From NCBI GenBank assembly GCA_963768305.1, contig CAVYHE010000006.1:37286-101285 (forward strand): a DNA stretch of 64,000 bases. The letters are read 5' to 3'. This DNA comes from an uncultured bacterium (GTDB lineage Bacteria; Margulisbacteria; WOR-1; CAVSGV01). A program made the position numbers and the translations under genes. This document shows, piece by piece, positions 11,634 through 22,954 of this stretch. Positions within the stretch are counted from its first letter, which is position 1. The number at the start of each line of letters is the position of its first letter. The notes beneath the pieces were generated by a model. It worked only from the letters and a program-made list of their open reading frames with translations, was not told the DNA's origin and did no database searches.

Positions 11634-11798
11634 TTATTCTTTTTCGGCCGCCAAAGCCCATACAAAAGCAATAACCCAACCGATAAATGTCCATCCTAAC
11701 AGAATATTAAGCGCGACGATCCCAGCACCCCCTTTTTTGCCTATAGCGCAAAGTGAGGGCAGAAAATAAATAAACAAGCCTATTATTAAAAGAACCAT
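11634..11798 (-). CDS. Superinfection immunity protein (T4 Imm-like), 54 aa; not in the ORF track
   Basis: MVLLIIGLFIYFLPSLCAIGKKGGAGIVALNILLGWTFIGWVIAFVWALAAEKE*; YFLP...NxLLGWTxIGWxxAxxW signature; AAGGAG/GAGG RBS. Confidence 0.85.
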   Translation of the reverse strand: MVLLIIGLFIYFLPSLCAIGKKGGAGIVALNILLGWTFIGWVIAFVWALAAEKE

Positions 11799-11822
11799 AG
11801 CCTCGCTCTCCTTCTAGTTTAA

Positions 11823-12248
11823 TTATTCTGTTGAAGCGTTGCCGTAATCTTCCTCATGATCCAATTGCCCATTATCGTAATAGTATTTCCATAGACCAAC
11901 TTCTCTTCCTTTAATATACTTTCCTATATCCTTTAATTGCCCATTCTCATAATAGGACTTACATAAACCATCCAGCAAACCATCGATATAATTCTCCCTT
12001 GTTTCCAATTGACCATTATAATAGTAATACACCCATATCCCCTCATTTTCGCCATTCACATACTTACCTTTTGTTTCCAATAGGCCATTTTCATAATAAT
12101 ATATCTGAAGACCATCAGGCATACCATCCTCAGTAACTTCATGATATTCTCGTATCTGCCCATTCTCATAGTAGGACTTTTCCACTTTTGCAAAAGATGG
12201 GCCTGTTAAAATAAGCATTAAGAACATTGCAAAAATTATCTTTTTCAT
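11823..12248 (-). CDS. Secreted MORN-variant repeat protein (YwqK antitoxin-like)
   Basis: Signal peptide plus repeated YYENGQL...GxYxxG units. Confidence 0.8.
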   Translation of the reverse strand: MKKIIFAMFLMLILTGPSFAKVEKSYYENGQIREYHEVTEDGMPDGLQIYYYENGLLETKGKYVNGENEGIWVYYYYNGQLETRENYIDGLLDGLCKSYYENGQLKDIGKYIKGREVGLWKYYYDNGQLDHEEDYGNASTE

Positions 12249-12318
12249 TGTTCAATTCCTCATTTTTCGTGCTGGTTTTATGCTAACAACACAAAGTCTT
12301 TATTACCTTTCTTGTTTC

Positions 12319-12507
12319 TTATCCTTTAACGTAGTACCAGACGCTTAACGCTATCATCCCGACATAGACATATCCACTTATGCTGGGAGCTATCATTATC
12401 GCAAGGATCCACCCGAAGCATATCGTGAACCACATCAGCCCGCCACGCCATTGCGCCCTTTTCTGCGCCCTGAATACTCCTTTCGTTATATCTTCTATGT
12501 CTGTCAT
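12319..12507 (-). CDS. Small two-TM membrane protein
   Basis: GGAGGT RBS; two hydrophobic helices. Confidence 0.6.
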   Translation of the reverse strand: MTDIEDITKGVFRAQKRAQWRGGLMWFTICFGWILAIMIAPSISGYVYVGMIALSVWYYVKG

Positions 12508-12750
12508 AAAACACCTCCTCTTATTTGTTTATAATGTTATATTTTTGACCATGGATCGAGCCAAAAAACTTTTTTCTCGTTGTTCTTTCGTTGTTAGAAA
12601 GCGACTCGTAAGGCTAATTTTTCTTTTTTCGGTCTTTGTTTGATCATGCCCAAGAGGGTCATTTTGGAAGCTTAAAATGTCTATTTTCTCACGCTTCACT
12701 CGAGCTTCATTGAGAAAAGAAGAAGAGGCGATCTTGCGTTTATGCCTTAC

Positions 12751-12819
12751 GCCGTTCCCCATAGGGAACTACTTTACCATCAAAAAATAATAATATCAAA
12801 GCCGTTCTTTCTGGGGAAC
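12751..12819. promoter_or_regulatory. Two operator-like imperfect palindromes, GCCGTTC-N6-GGGAAC, 50 bp apart
   Basis: gccgttccccatagggaac (12751-12769) and gccgttctttctggggaac (12801-12819), just upstream of the XRE gene. Confidence 0.65.
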
Positions 12820-12833
12820 GGGGGCTTAAAAAG

Positions 12834-13037
12834 ATGGTCAAAAATGAAATCGGGATGAGGATAAAACAGTTAAGAGAACAAAAAGGGTTGACGATCGAAA
12901 AATTAGCCTACGAAAATGACCTTGCAAAAGGCAATTTAAGCGAAATTGAAAAGGGGTTAATTGATCCTAGACTTTCAACTCTTGAGAAGATAGCAAAGGG
13001 CTTGGATGTAAAATTAAAAGAACTTCTCGACTATTAG
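12834..13037 (+). CDS. XRE/Cro-family HTH regulator
   Basis: IKQLREQKGLTIEKLA...LSEIEKG...PRLSTLEKIAKGL. Confidence 0.92.
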   Translation: MVKNEIGMRIKQLREQKGLTIEKLAYENDLAKGNLSEIEKGLIDPRLSTLEKIAKGLDVKLKELLDY

Positions 13038-13321
13038 CGACTTAATTGCAGATACATTTTCTCTAACCTCATAGAGATCGGAGAGCCATCATTCAATTGA
13101 GTGATGTTTTCTACGTCATCCCCACATTTAGCACATGTTCCCATAATGGCAACATTGCGCTCCTTATCAATATAGATCTTATAGTCTTTTACTGTTGCAA
13201 GGAAGCATTTGTCGCAAGATGTATATTTAAGAATATTTGGGAAGTTTATGAAGGCATCCTGCATTATCTCTTCAAGCTGTTTAAGGTTGATCTCCCGCTG
13301 ATCTGGTTTTTGAACATACAT
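13034..13321 (-). CDS. Hypothetical protein with two CxxC motifs
   Basis: CDKC and CAKC; GGGGG RBS. Confidence 0.6.
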   Translation of the reverse strand: MYVQKPDQREINLKQLEEIMQDAFINFPNILKYTSCDKCFLATVKDYKIYIDKERNVAIMGTCAKCGDDVENITQLNDGSPISMRLEKMYLQLSR

Positions 13322-13578
13322 ACCAATACCCCCTGCCTCCGTCTTACATGCGTATTATTCTCTTGATAGAAGGCGAGGAATTATACGCCCGCGATATATG
13401 ACAATGCAAGGGTTTGCAGTATCTATCTTCTCTACGGAGCTACTTTCCATAAAACAAATTCATCTATTCTACAATTCCAATACCAATAGGGATGTCTTAT
13501 ATTAAACTGCCGGGGCCAATTCTCTTAATTTGTATATGGCCATGAGGTCGTTTATAATATGGTTCCAATTTGAATGTA

Positions 13579-13590
13579 TTAGGGCTGCCA
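13579..13590 (+). other. attR with the displaced 3' end of tRNA-Glu (TAGGGCT-G-CCA)
   Basis: TAGGGCT pairs with 5' GGCCCTA (7983-7989; G:U at the first pair), followed by discriminator G and CCA. Confidence 0.9.
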
Positions 13591-13665
13591 ACTCGCTTCG
13601 TTCGGTTTGACTTTGACATAATGAAAGTTATAATATGTCTGCAATTCAATTTATAGGAGGAATTT

Positions 13666-14213
13666 ATGAAAAGATTCTTATCGGTCTCGGAATTCTGGTC
13701 GTTATTATCGTGATCGGCGCCCTCGTTTACTGCTCTTACATCGGGATGTTCACGAAGATCAATATTACTGAAGAACAAATGGGACCGTTCTATTTCGTAT
13801 ACGCACCATATAAAGGTGATTATGCGAAGGTCGGCCCGACCATGGATAAGGTCCGCGCAAGACTTGAAAGCGAATTCGGCATAAAGCCGATGAGAGCCAT
13901 GGGCATATATTACAGCGATCCCAGATCTGTCAAAACCGCAGACTTGAAGGCCGACGTGGGATTTTTGCTGGAAAAGTCATATGAAACCCTGGCCGATTCA
14001 ATAATGAAAAAAATGTGGGTCAGGATAATGTTCCAGAAAAATTACATGGTCGCGGAGTTTCCCATGAAGAACAAAACATCCATTATGGCGGGAATTATGA
14101 AGGTCTATCCGGAAGTCACTAAATACATGAAGCTCAAAGGCTACAAACCCGTTCCTGCCATAGAGATCTACGAAAAAGACAGGATCATATACGCTTTCGA
14201 AATAAAGCAATAG
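13666..14213 (+). CDS. Membrane-anchored GyrI-like ligand-binding protein (likely start ATG 13666 with an adjacent indel)
   Basis: AGGAGG RBS; N-terminal TM; YKGDY, GIYYSDP and IEIY motifs. Confidence 0.75.
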
Positions 14214-14342
14214 AAATTTCTCCGCTTTTTTAGAAAGTTCGCGATAACCCCGCATCCGGTCGCATTAGGGCGTTTTACCTTCGGACCTTCAAAATATCAA
14301 ATAGAAGACATATCCGATTTATGTTAAGATATTTCAAAATAT

Positions 14343-15425
14343 ATGAGCCTATTCCTTCTCATTTTTCTTGTGTCTGCGGCATTGACCCTGATATTAACGC
14401 CTGCTGCCGGGAAATTGGCCGTTAAACTGGGAGCTGTTGACAGGCCCTCGAGAAGAAAGGTCCACAAGAATATCATCCCCAGGTTCGGCGGGCTTTCCAT
14501 TTTCATCAGTTTTATGATCACGGTGATAGCGGCGTTATTCCTTATAAACCAGTTCAGGGTACATTTGGTAGCTGATGAAATACTGGGTTTGAAAGGGATA
14601 CTTTTCGGCGGGACGCTCATCGTATTGCTCGGGCTTTTCGACGACCTGAAGGGGATGCCGGCGCTGGTAAAGCTTGCCGGCCAGATAATCGCTTCAGGGA
14701 TCGCGACATATTTCGGGGTCAGCATACTTTTCATTTCAACTCCTTTTACTCACATCCTCAGGTTAGGCATATGGGCGGTCCCTTTAACCATAGTATGGAT
14801 GGTCTCAATAACTAACGCGATCAATCTCATCGACGGCCTGGACGGGCTTGCTTCGGGCATTACGGCGATAGCCGCGGGAACATTATTCATTGTTGCGATA
14901 AAGATGGGACAGATGGATTCCGCCATTCTCCTCGCGGCCATTGCGGGCACATCGATCGGATTTTTGAGATTTAACTTTTTCCCCGCGTCGATATTCCTGG
15001 GCGATTCGGGTAGCCTTTTCTTCGGTTTCATGCTCGCATGCGCTTCAATTATCGGGGTCCTTAAAAGCACGCTGGTGATCGCCCTTTTGATCCCCATAGT
15101 GATACTTGCCATACCGATATATGACACGGCAACGGCGATAATCAGAAGGGCCGTTAAAGGCAGGTCCATTTTTGAGGCCGATAAAAAGCATCTTCATCAC
15201 AGGCTGCTCAAGGCCGGGTTCAACCAGAGGCAGGTCGTTATAATGATATTCGGTGCCTGCTTGATCCTGTCAATGGCAGCCCTTGCGGCCACGATATTCG
15301 AGAATTATCCCGCGCTGATATTCCTTTGCATGTTCGTCGTGCTTGGCATACTTGCGCTTGATTTTGCCAAAGATATATTAAGAAGCATCACGTTCCTCAA
15401 TGGAGATAACAAGCATGACGCATAA
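14343..15425 (+). CDS. Undecaprenyl-phosphate GlcNAc-1-phosphate transferase (WecA/TagO family)
   Basis: PRFGG, GLFDD, NAINLIDGLDGL, FLGDSG and HLHHRL motifs. Confidence 0.93.
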   Translation: MSLFLLIFLVSAALTLILTPAAGKLAVKLGAVDRPSRRKVHKNIIPRFGGLSIFISFMITVIAALFLINQFRVHLVADEILGLKGILFGGTLIVLLGLFDDLKGMPALVKLAGQIIASGIATYFGVSILFISTPFTHILRLGIWAVPLTIVWMVSITNAINLIDGLDGLASGITAIAAGTLFIVAIKMGQMDSAILLAAIAGTSIGFLRFNFFPASIFLGDSGSLFFGFMLACASIIGVLKSTLVIALLIPIVILAIPIYDTATAIIRRAVKGRSIFEADKKHLHHRLLKAGFNQRQVVIMIFGACLILSMAALAATIFENYPALIFLCMFVVLGILALDFAKDILRSITFLNGDNKHDA

Positions 15426-16599
15426 GAAGAGGGTACTTTTCGTTTTCGGCACGCGGCCGGAAGCCATAAAAATGGCGCCGGTCATAGCCGAAGCAAAAAA
15501 ACATCCGGACTTTTTTGATCCTATCATCGCGGTCACCGGGCAGCACAGGGAAATGCTGGATCAAGTATTGAAAGTTTTCAATATCAGGCCCGATTATGAC
15601 CTGATGGTGATGGAGCACGAACAGCAGGCCGTGTCTTCCATCGCATGCAAATGCCTGCAAGGGCTGGAAGAGGTCATCATAAGGGAGCATCCGAGCATCG
15701 TTGTCGTCCAAGGGGACACTTCCACGACTTTTGCTTCGTCGCTTGCCGCGTTCTACCAGCATGTTCCTCTCGCGCATGTGGAAGCGGGGCTCAGGACCGG
15801 GAAAAAATATTATCCGTTCCCGGAAGAAATGAACAGGAAGCTCACAAGCTCGCTGGCGGACATCCATTTCGCGCCGACAGAGACGGCCGTTAAAAATCTT
15901 CTTGCCGAATCGGTCAACAGGTCGTCGATATATCTTACCGGCAACACTGTCATAGACGCGCTCCAGAAAATGGCAAAGAGATCGTTCGATCTGAAAAAGT
16001 CCGGCATAGATATTAAAGAAAAAGGGAAGAAGCTGATTCTTGTCACCGTGCACAGGCGGGAAAGCTTCGGCGCACCCCTTAGAAGCATCTGTGAGGCGAT
16101 AAAAAGGATCGCGCATAAGCACCGCGACGTCGCGACAGTGATACTTCCGGTCCACAGGAATCCCATTGTTTCCGAGACCGTCCATGAGATCCTGGGCGAG
16201 GCGGCGAACGTCCAGCTGATAAAGCCGCTTGATTACGAGCCATTCGTGCACCTGATGAAGAGCTGCCACATTATATTGACCGATTCCGGCGGGATACAGG
16301 AGGAAGCGCCGTCTCTTGGAGTGCCGGTCCTTGTCCTGCGCGAAGAAACAGAAAGGCCGGAAGCTGTCATTGCGAACACGGTAAAAGTTGTCGGCACAAG
16401 CACGGAAAACATCACTGCGGCGTTTGAAAAACTTTTGACGGATGAAAATGAATACAATAAGATGTCTAAAGCTGTGAACCCGTACGGCGACGGAAAAGCG
16501 TCGCAAAGGATCATCGCGGCGCTCATTCATTATTTTGGATTCATTGACGTGAGGCCCGTTGAATTTGACGCGTCAAAAGGTGCGGCGAAGATCAAATGA
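15415..16599 (+). CDS. wecB: UDP-N-acetylglucosamine 2-epimerase (non-hydrolysing)
   Basis: GTRPEAIKMAP, TGQHREML, HVEAGLRT, TDSGGIQEEAP, NPYGDG. Confidence 0.96.
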   Translation: MTHKKRVLFVFGTRPEAIKMAPVIAEAKKHPDFFDPIIAVTGQHREMLDQVLKVFNIRPDYDLMVMEHEQQAVSSIACKCLQGLEEVIIREHPSIVVVQGDTSTTFASSLAAFYQHVPLAHVEAGLRTGKKYYPFPEEMNRKLTSSLADIHFAPTETAVKNLLAESVNRSSIYLTGNTVIDALQKMAKRSFDLKKSGIDIKEKGKKLILVTVHRRESFGAPLRSICEAIKRIAHKHRDVATVILPVHRNPIVSETVHEILGEAANVQLIKPLDYEPFVHLMKSCHIILTDSGGIQEEAPSLGVPVLVLREETERPEAVIANTVKVVGTSTENITAAFEKLLTDENEYNKMSKAVNPYGDGKASQRIIAALIHYFGFIDVRPVEFDASKGAAKIK

Positions 16600-16784
16600 T
16601 GAATTACCTGAAATACATGAACCTCGGACTTATGATGGTGACGCCGGCCATGGTCGGGCTGTTGATAGGCGCGCTGCTCGACAGGGCTTTTAGATCGTCG
16701 CCTTTGTTCACGCTGATATTCCTTATCCTTGGTATTTTGTCCGGCATCTGGAGCATTTATAAATCGGTCAAGATATTGATCTAG
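16596..16784 (+). CDS. AtpZ/AtpI-family small membrane protein
   Basis: Two TM helices with G..LD..F...P.F pattern; first gene of the atp operon. Confidence 0.8.
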   Translation: MMNYLKYMNLGLMMVTPAMVGLLIGALLDRAFRSSPLFTLIFLILGILSGIWSIYKSVKILI

Positions 16785-16794
16785 GGAGGGACTT

Positions 16795-17469
16795 TTGGAG
16801 ACATTGCACATAGGCGTTCATCCGCAGTGGCAGGCGTTCGGCCTGATATTTCACGCCGATACTCTCATTTCCGCCTGGATAGTATCATTTATCCTTATCG
16901 CGTTCGCTGTATTCATCAGGATCGTGATCAGTATAAGACCCGGGTTGGTACAAAGTGCCGTCGAGCTGGGAGCGGAGAACCTTAACGGGTTGCTTATCGA
17001 ACGGATAGGTCAGAAAGGTTTAAAATATTTTCCTTTTATTGCGACCCTTTTCCTTTTCATAATAACTTCTAATTGGCTGGGGCTGCTTCCGTTCGAACTT
17101 AAGCCGCCGACGGCCGACCTTAATACAACAGCCGGATTGGCTTTATTGACAATAATCCTTGTACAGGTTTTCGGAATGATAGAAAAAGGCCCGATCATGT
17201 ATTTCAAAAGATTCTTTGAACCGAACCCGGTCTTTTTTCCGCTTAACGTTATCGAGGAACTTGCAAAGCCTGTTTCACTTTCTATCAGGCTTTTCGGCAA
17301 TATTTTCAGCAAGGAAACCATAATTGTGATATTATGCGGCCTTGTTGCCCTCCCTTTGTTCTATCCAATACCGATACTGGCGTTGAGCTTGCTGATAGGA
17401 GCGATACAGGCGTATATTTTCATGCTTTTGGCGGTATTTTACATATCAATGGCTTTGGAAGGCCACTGA
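16795..17469 (+). CDS. atpB: ATP synthase F0 subunit a
   Basis: PPTADLN and SLSIRLFGNI (essential Arg). Confidence 0.95.
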   Translation: METLHIGVHPQWQAFGLIFHADTLISAWIVSFILIAFAVFIRIVISIRPGLVQSAVELGAENLNGLLIERIGQKGLKYFPFIATLFLFIITSNWLGLLPFELKPPTADLNTTAGLALLTIILVQVFGMIEKGPIMYFKRFFEPNPVFFPLNVIEELAKPVSLSIRLFGNIFSKETIIVILCGLVALPLFYPIPILALSLLIGAIQAYIFMLLAVFYISMALEGH

Positions 17470-17490
17470 TTTTATAAAGGAGGTGTTTTT

Positions 17491-17730
17491 GTGACGATAC
17501 AGATGATCTCAGTTATCGGCGCGGCGTTCGGGCTGGCGATAGCGGCGTTCGGCTCCGCCCTTGCTCAGGGCTTCGCGACAGGCAAAGCGGTGGAAGGGAT
17601 ATCGCGCCAGCCGGAAGCCAGAGGGCCCATCATGTCGGCTCTCATCATAGGGATGTCTTTCATAGAGTCCCTGACCCTTTACGCATTGCTTATCGCGATC
17701 ATATTGATATTTGTGAACCCATTCAAGTAA
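17491..17730 (+). CDS. atpE: ATP synthase F0 subunit c
   Basis: RQPEA loop; FIESLTLY. Confidence 0.97.
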   Translation: MTIQMISVIGAAFGLAIAAFGSALAQGFATGKAVEGISRQPEARGPIMSALIIGMSFIESLTLYALLIAIILIFVNPFK

Positions 17731-17736
17731 AGGAGG

Positions 17737-17815
17737 AGCTTACAGCTGACGGCAAACAGCTTACGGCTAACTGCCGTTTGCCGTAGTCCGAAGGACGTGC
17801 TGTAAGCCGTAAGCT
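17737..17815. repeat. Heptamer-repeat inverted-repeat (hairpin) element between atpE and atpF
   Basis: agcttac agctgac ggcaaac agcttac ggctaac followed by complementary tgccgtt tgccgta ... tgctgta agccgta agct. Confidence 0.85.
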
Positions 17816-17818
17816 AGT

Positions 17819-18298
17819 ATGTTAACTATCAACGGAACTTTAATAGCTATAGTCATAAACTTCATCATTTTGGTTTATGTGCTTAATTATTTCATGTATG
17901 AGCCGATAAAGAAGGTCCTGAACGACAGGAAGGCGGATGTGAACAGGATGCTTTCGGAAGCGGAGGTAAAGATGACCACCGCACAGACTTTCATTGAGAA
18001 CGGCAGGGAAGCGATAAACGCGGCCAATACATCCGCAAAAGAACTTATTGACCAGGCATCCGCGGCAGCAGAAAAGATCAGGACCGAAATGCTTGCCGAC
18101 GCGAAAAAAGAAGTTGATGAACACAAGGACAGGGCGAAAGAGGAGATAAGGCAGATGAAGCTGGATGCGAAAAGGTCCGTTGCTGACGAAGCGGCCCGAC
18201 TCTCAGTGGTTATAGCGGAAAAGATAATAATGAAAAAGATCGACAGGAAGACGCAGAGAACAATGGCTGATAAATTCATCGGGAAGGTCAGATTCTAA
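17819..18298 (+). CDS. atpF: ATP synthase F0 subunit b
   Basis: N-terminal TM (INFIILVYVLNYF..EPI) plus coiled coil; operon position. Confidence 0.93.
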   Translation: MLTINGTLIAIVINFIILVYVLNYFMYEPIKKVLNDRKADVNRMLSEAEVKMTTAQTFIENGREAINAANTSAKELIDQASAAAEKIRTEMLADAKKEVDEHKDRAKEEIRQMKLDAKRSVADEAARLSVVIAEKIIMKKIDRKTQRTMADKFIGKVRF

Positions 18299-18299
18299 T

Positions 18300-18809
18300 A
18301 TGATAGCAAGAAGATACGCTAGGGCGCTGCTCTCATCTGCGCTGAAAGAAGGCGCGGCTGAATCAGTAAAAAAGGAACTATCCGCTCTTGCGGGCCTTAT
18401 GAAACATGGAAAATATTTCAATTTTTTCACCAGCAGATCGGTCCGGCCGGATGAAAAACTTGAAATGTTCTCGTCATTCAGCCCGCTTATGAAGGCGTTC
18501 CTGAGGGTCGTAATCGACAATAAAAGAGAAGAGGACATTTGCCTTATTTCCTGCGAATATGCGGAGCTTTTGAATTTACGGAACAATATTCTTGAGGCGA
18601 CAGTTTCGTCCAGGCAGCCGCTGACGGAAGAACAAATGGCAACGATCAAAAGGAAACTTGCAAGAGGCACAGGCAAGAAGATCGACATAAGCTGCAAAGC
18701 CGACAAGAGCATAATCGGCGGCGTGAAGATAAAATACGGCAGCAAGGTGATTGACGGGACCGTTTCGGGGATGCTGGAAGGTTACTTGAACAGGCTTACA
18801 AGGAGATGA
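18300..18809 (+). CDS. atpH: ATP synthase F1 delta
   Basis: [16 protein letters not shown]...VIDGTV. Confidence 0.93.
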   Translation: MIARRYARALLSSALKEGAAESVKKELSALAGLMKHGKYFNFFTSRSVRPDEKLEMFSSFSPLMKAFLRVVIDNKREEDICLISCEYAELLNLRNNILEATVSSRQPLTEEQMATIKRKLARGTGKKIDISCKADKSIIGGVKIKYGSKVIDGTVSGMLEGYLNRLTRR

Positions 18810-18810
18810 A

Positions 18811-20316
18811 ATGCTGAAGGAAGAAATTAGCAAGCTTCTGCAAAAGAAGATCGACTCATATAAAGGCGTGATCAAAGAAGAGGATACCGGAGAGGTCGTT
18901 TCATCCGGCGACGGGGTTGCCATATTGACGGGGCTGAACGGCGCCAAGGTTTCTGAGATCCTTGAATTCGAAAGCGGCACAAAAGGCATAGTACTTAACC
19001 TGATGGAAGACCATATCGGCTGCATTGTGATGGGCAATGTCCGCAGTGTTAAGGAAAGCCAGAAGGTCAAATGCACGGGTACCATTGCCGGAGTGCCGGT
19101 GGGCAAAGGGCTTCTGGGGCGCGTCGTGAATGCATTGGGCGAACCCATAGACGGCAAAGGCGCCATTTTCACTAACGAAAGAAGGAACATAGAATTCCTC
19201 GCTCCATCGGTCGTCGACAGGCAGCCCGTGAGAGAGCCGCTTCAGACAGGGATAAAAGCCATCGATTCCATGATCCCCATAGGAAGAGGGCAGAGAGAAT
19301 TGATAATCGGCGACAGGCAGACGGGAAAGACTGCGATAGCTGTTGATACGATAATCAACCAGAAAAAGGAAAATGTTAAATGTATTTATGTGGCCATCGG
19401 CCAGAAAATGTCAACGATATCATCGATATATGAAATTTTAGAGGACGCCGGCGCAATGGAATATACCACTATCGTCGCCGCGCCTGCTGATGCGCCCCCG
19501 TCGCTGCAGTACCTGGCTCCATATTCCGGCTGCGCGATGGGCGAGTATTACATGTATAAGGGCGAACATGCCCTGGTCATATATGACGATCTTTCAAAGC
19601 ACGCGGCGGCATACAGGGAGCTGTCATTATTGCTCAGGCGTCCGCCGGGAAGGGAAGCTTACCCCGGGGATATTTTCTATCTTCATTCCAGGCTCCTTGA
19701 AAGGGCCGCGAAACTTTCGGACGCGATGGGCGGCGGATCTCTTACGGCGCTTCCGGTCGTTGAAACCCTCGCGGCTGACATATCAGCTTACATCCCGACG
19801 AACGTCATCTCGATCACTGACGGCCAGATATATCTTGAAAGTGAATTGTTCTATTCCGGCATCCGTCCCGCTATCAACGCCGGCCTTTCCGTATCAAGGG
19901 TTGGCGGTTCGGCGCAGATCAAAGCGATGAAGCAGGTCGCTGCCAGATTGAGACTGGACCTCGCGCAGTACAGGGACCTGGTGGCGTTCGCGCAGTTCGC
20001 GTCGGACCTGGACCAGGCGACGAGGAATCAGCTTATAATGGGAGAGCGCCTGACGGAAGTCCTGGTGCAAGGTCAATACGCGCCGATGGACATAGCGCAC
20101 CAGGTAGCCGCGATCTTCGCGGGAATAAGGGGATATCTGGACGACCTGAAAAAAGAAGATGTCAGGAAGTTCGAATCCGGCTTCCTTAAATATCTGGATT
20201 CATATTGCCATGACACGCTGATGAACATCAGGACAGAAAAACTGGTAAGCGTGGCGTCCGAGAAAAAACTGGTGGAAGCTCTCGAGAAATATAAAAATCT
20301 GTTCAGGAGCAAATAA
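18811..20316 (+). CDS. atpA: ATP synthase F1 alpha
   Basis: [18 protein letters not shown]. Confidence 0.98.
   Translation: MLKEEISKLLQKKIDSYKGVIKEEDTGEVVSSGDGVAILTGLNGAKVSEILEFESGTKGIVLNLMEDHIGCIVMGNVRSVKESQKVKCTGTIAGVPVGKGLLGRVVNALGEPIDGKGAIFTNERRNIEFLAPSVVDRQPVREPLQTGIKAIDSMIPIGRGQRELIIGDRQTGKTAIAVDTIINQKKENVKCIYVAIGQKMSTISSIYEILEDAGAMEYTTIVAAPADAPPSLQYLAPYSGCAMGEYYMYKGEHALVIYDDLSKHAAAYRELSLLLRRPPGREAYPGDIFYLHSRLLERAAKLSDAMGGGSLTALPVVETLAADISAYIPTNVISITDGQIYLESELFYSGIRPAINAGLSVSRVGGSAQIKAMKQVAARLRLDLAQYRDLVAFAQFASDLDQATRNQLIMGERLTEVLVQGQYAPMDIAHQVAAIFAGIRGYLDDLKKEDVRKFESGFLKYLDSYCHDTLMNIRTEKLVSVASEKKLVEALEKYKNLFRSK

Positions 20317-22954
<2,638 letters not shown>

Larger units (their letters stand above)
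8050..13582. mobile_element. 5.5-kb integrative element (large serine recombinase) inserted in tRNA-Glu
   Basis: TTAG core at 8046-8049 and 13579-13582; displaced tRNA 3' end TAGGGCTGCCA at 13580-13590; integrase at the left end; visibly AT-richer than the housekeeping genes that follow. Confidence 0.9.

Noticed and set aside
15397..16530. Long antisense ORFs (e.g. 15397-16530, 37311-38273) and alternate-frame ORFs (e.g. 61050-62009)
   Set aside because: Shadows of well-supported genes, with no recognisable motifs
17491..17730. Na+-coupled ATP synthase (Q...ES..Y in subunit c)
   Set aside because: The ESLTxY pattern also occurs in proton-coupled cyanobacterial c subunits, and the Thr after ES is absent; ion specificity cannot be called
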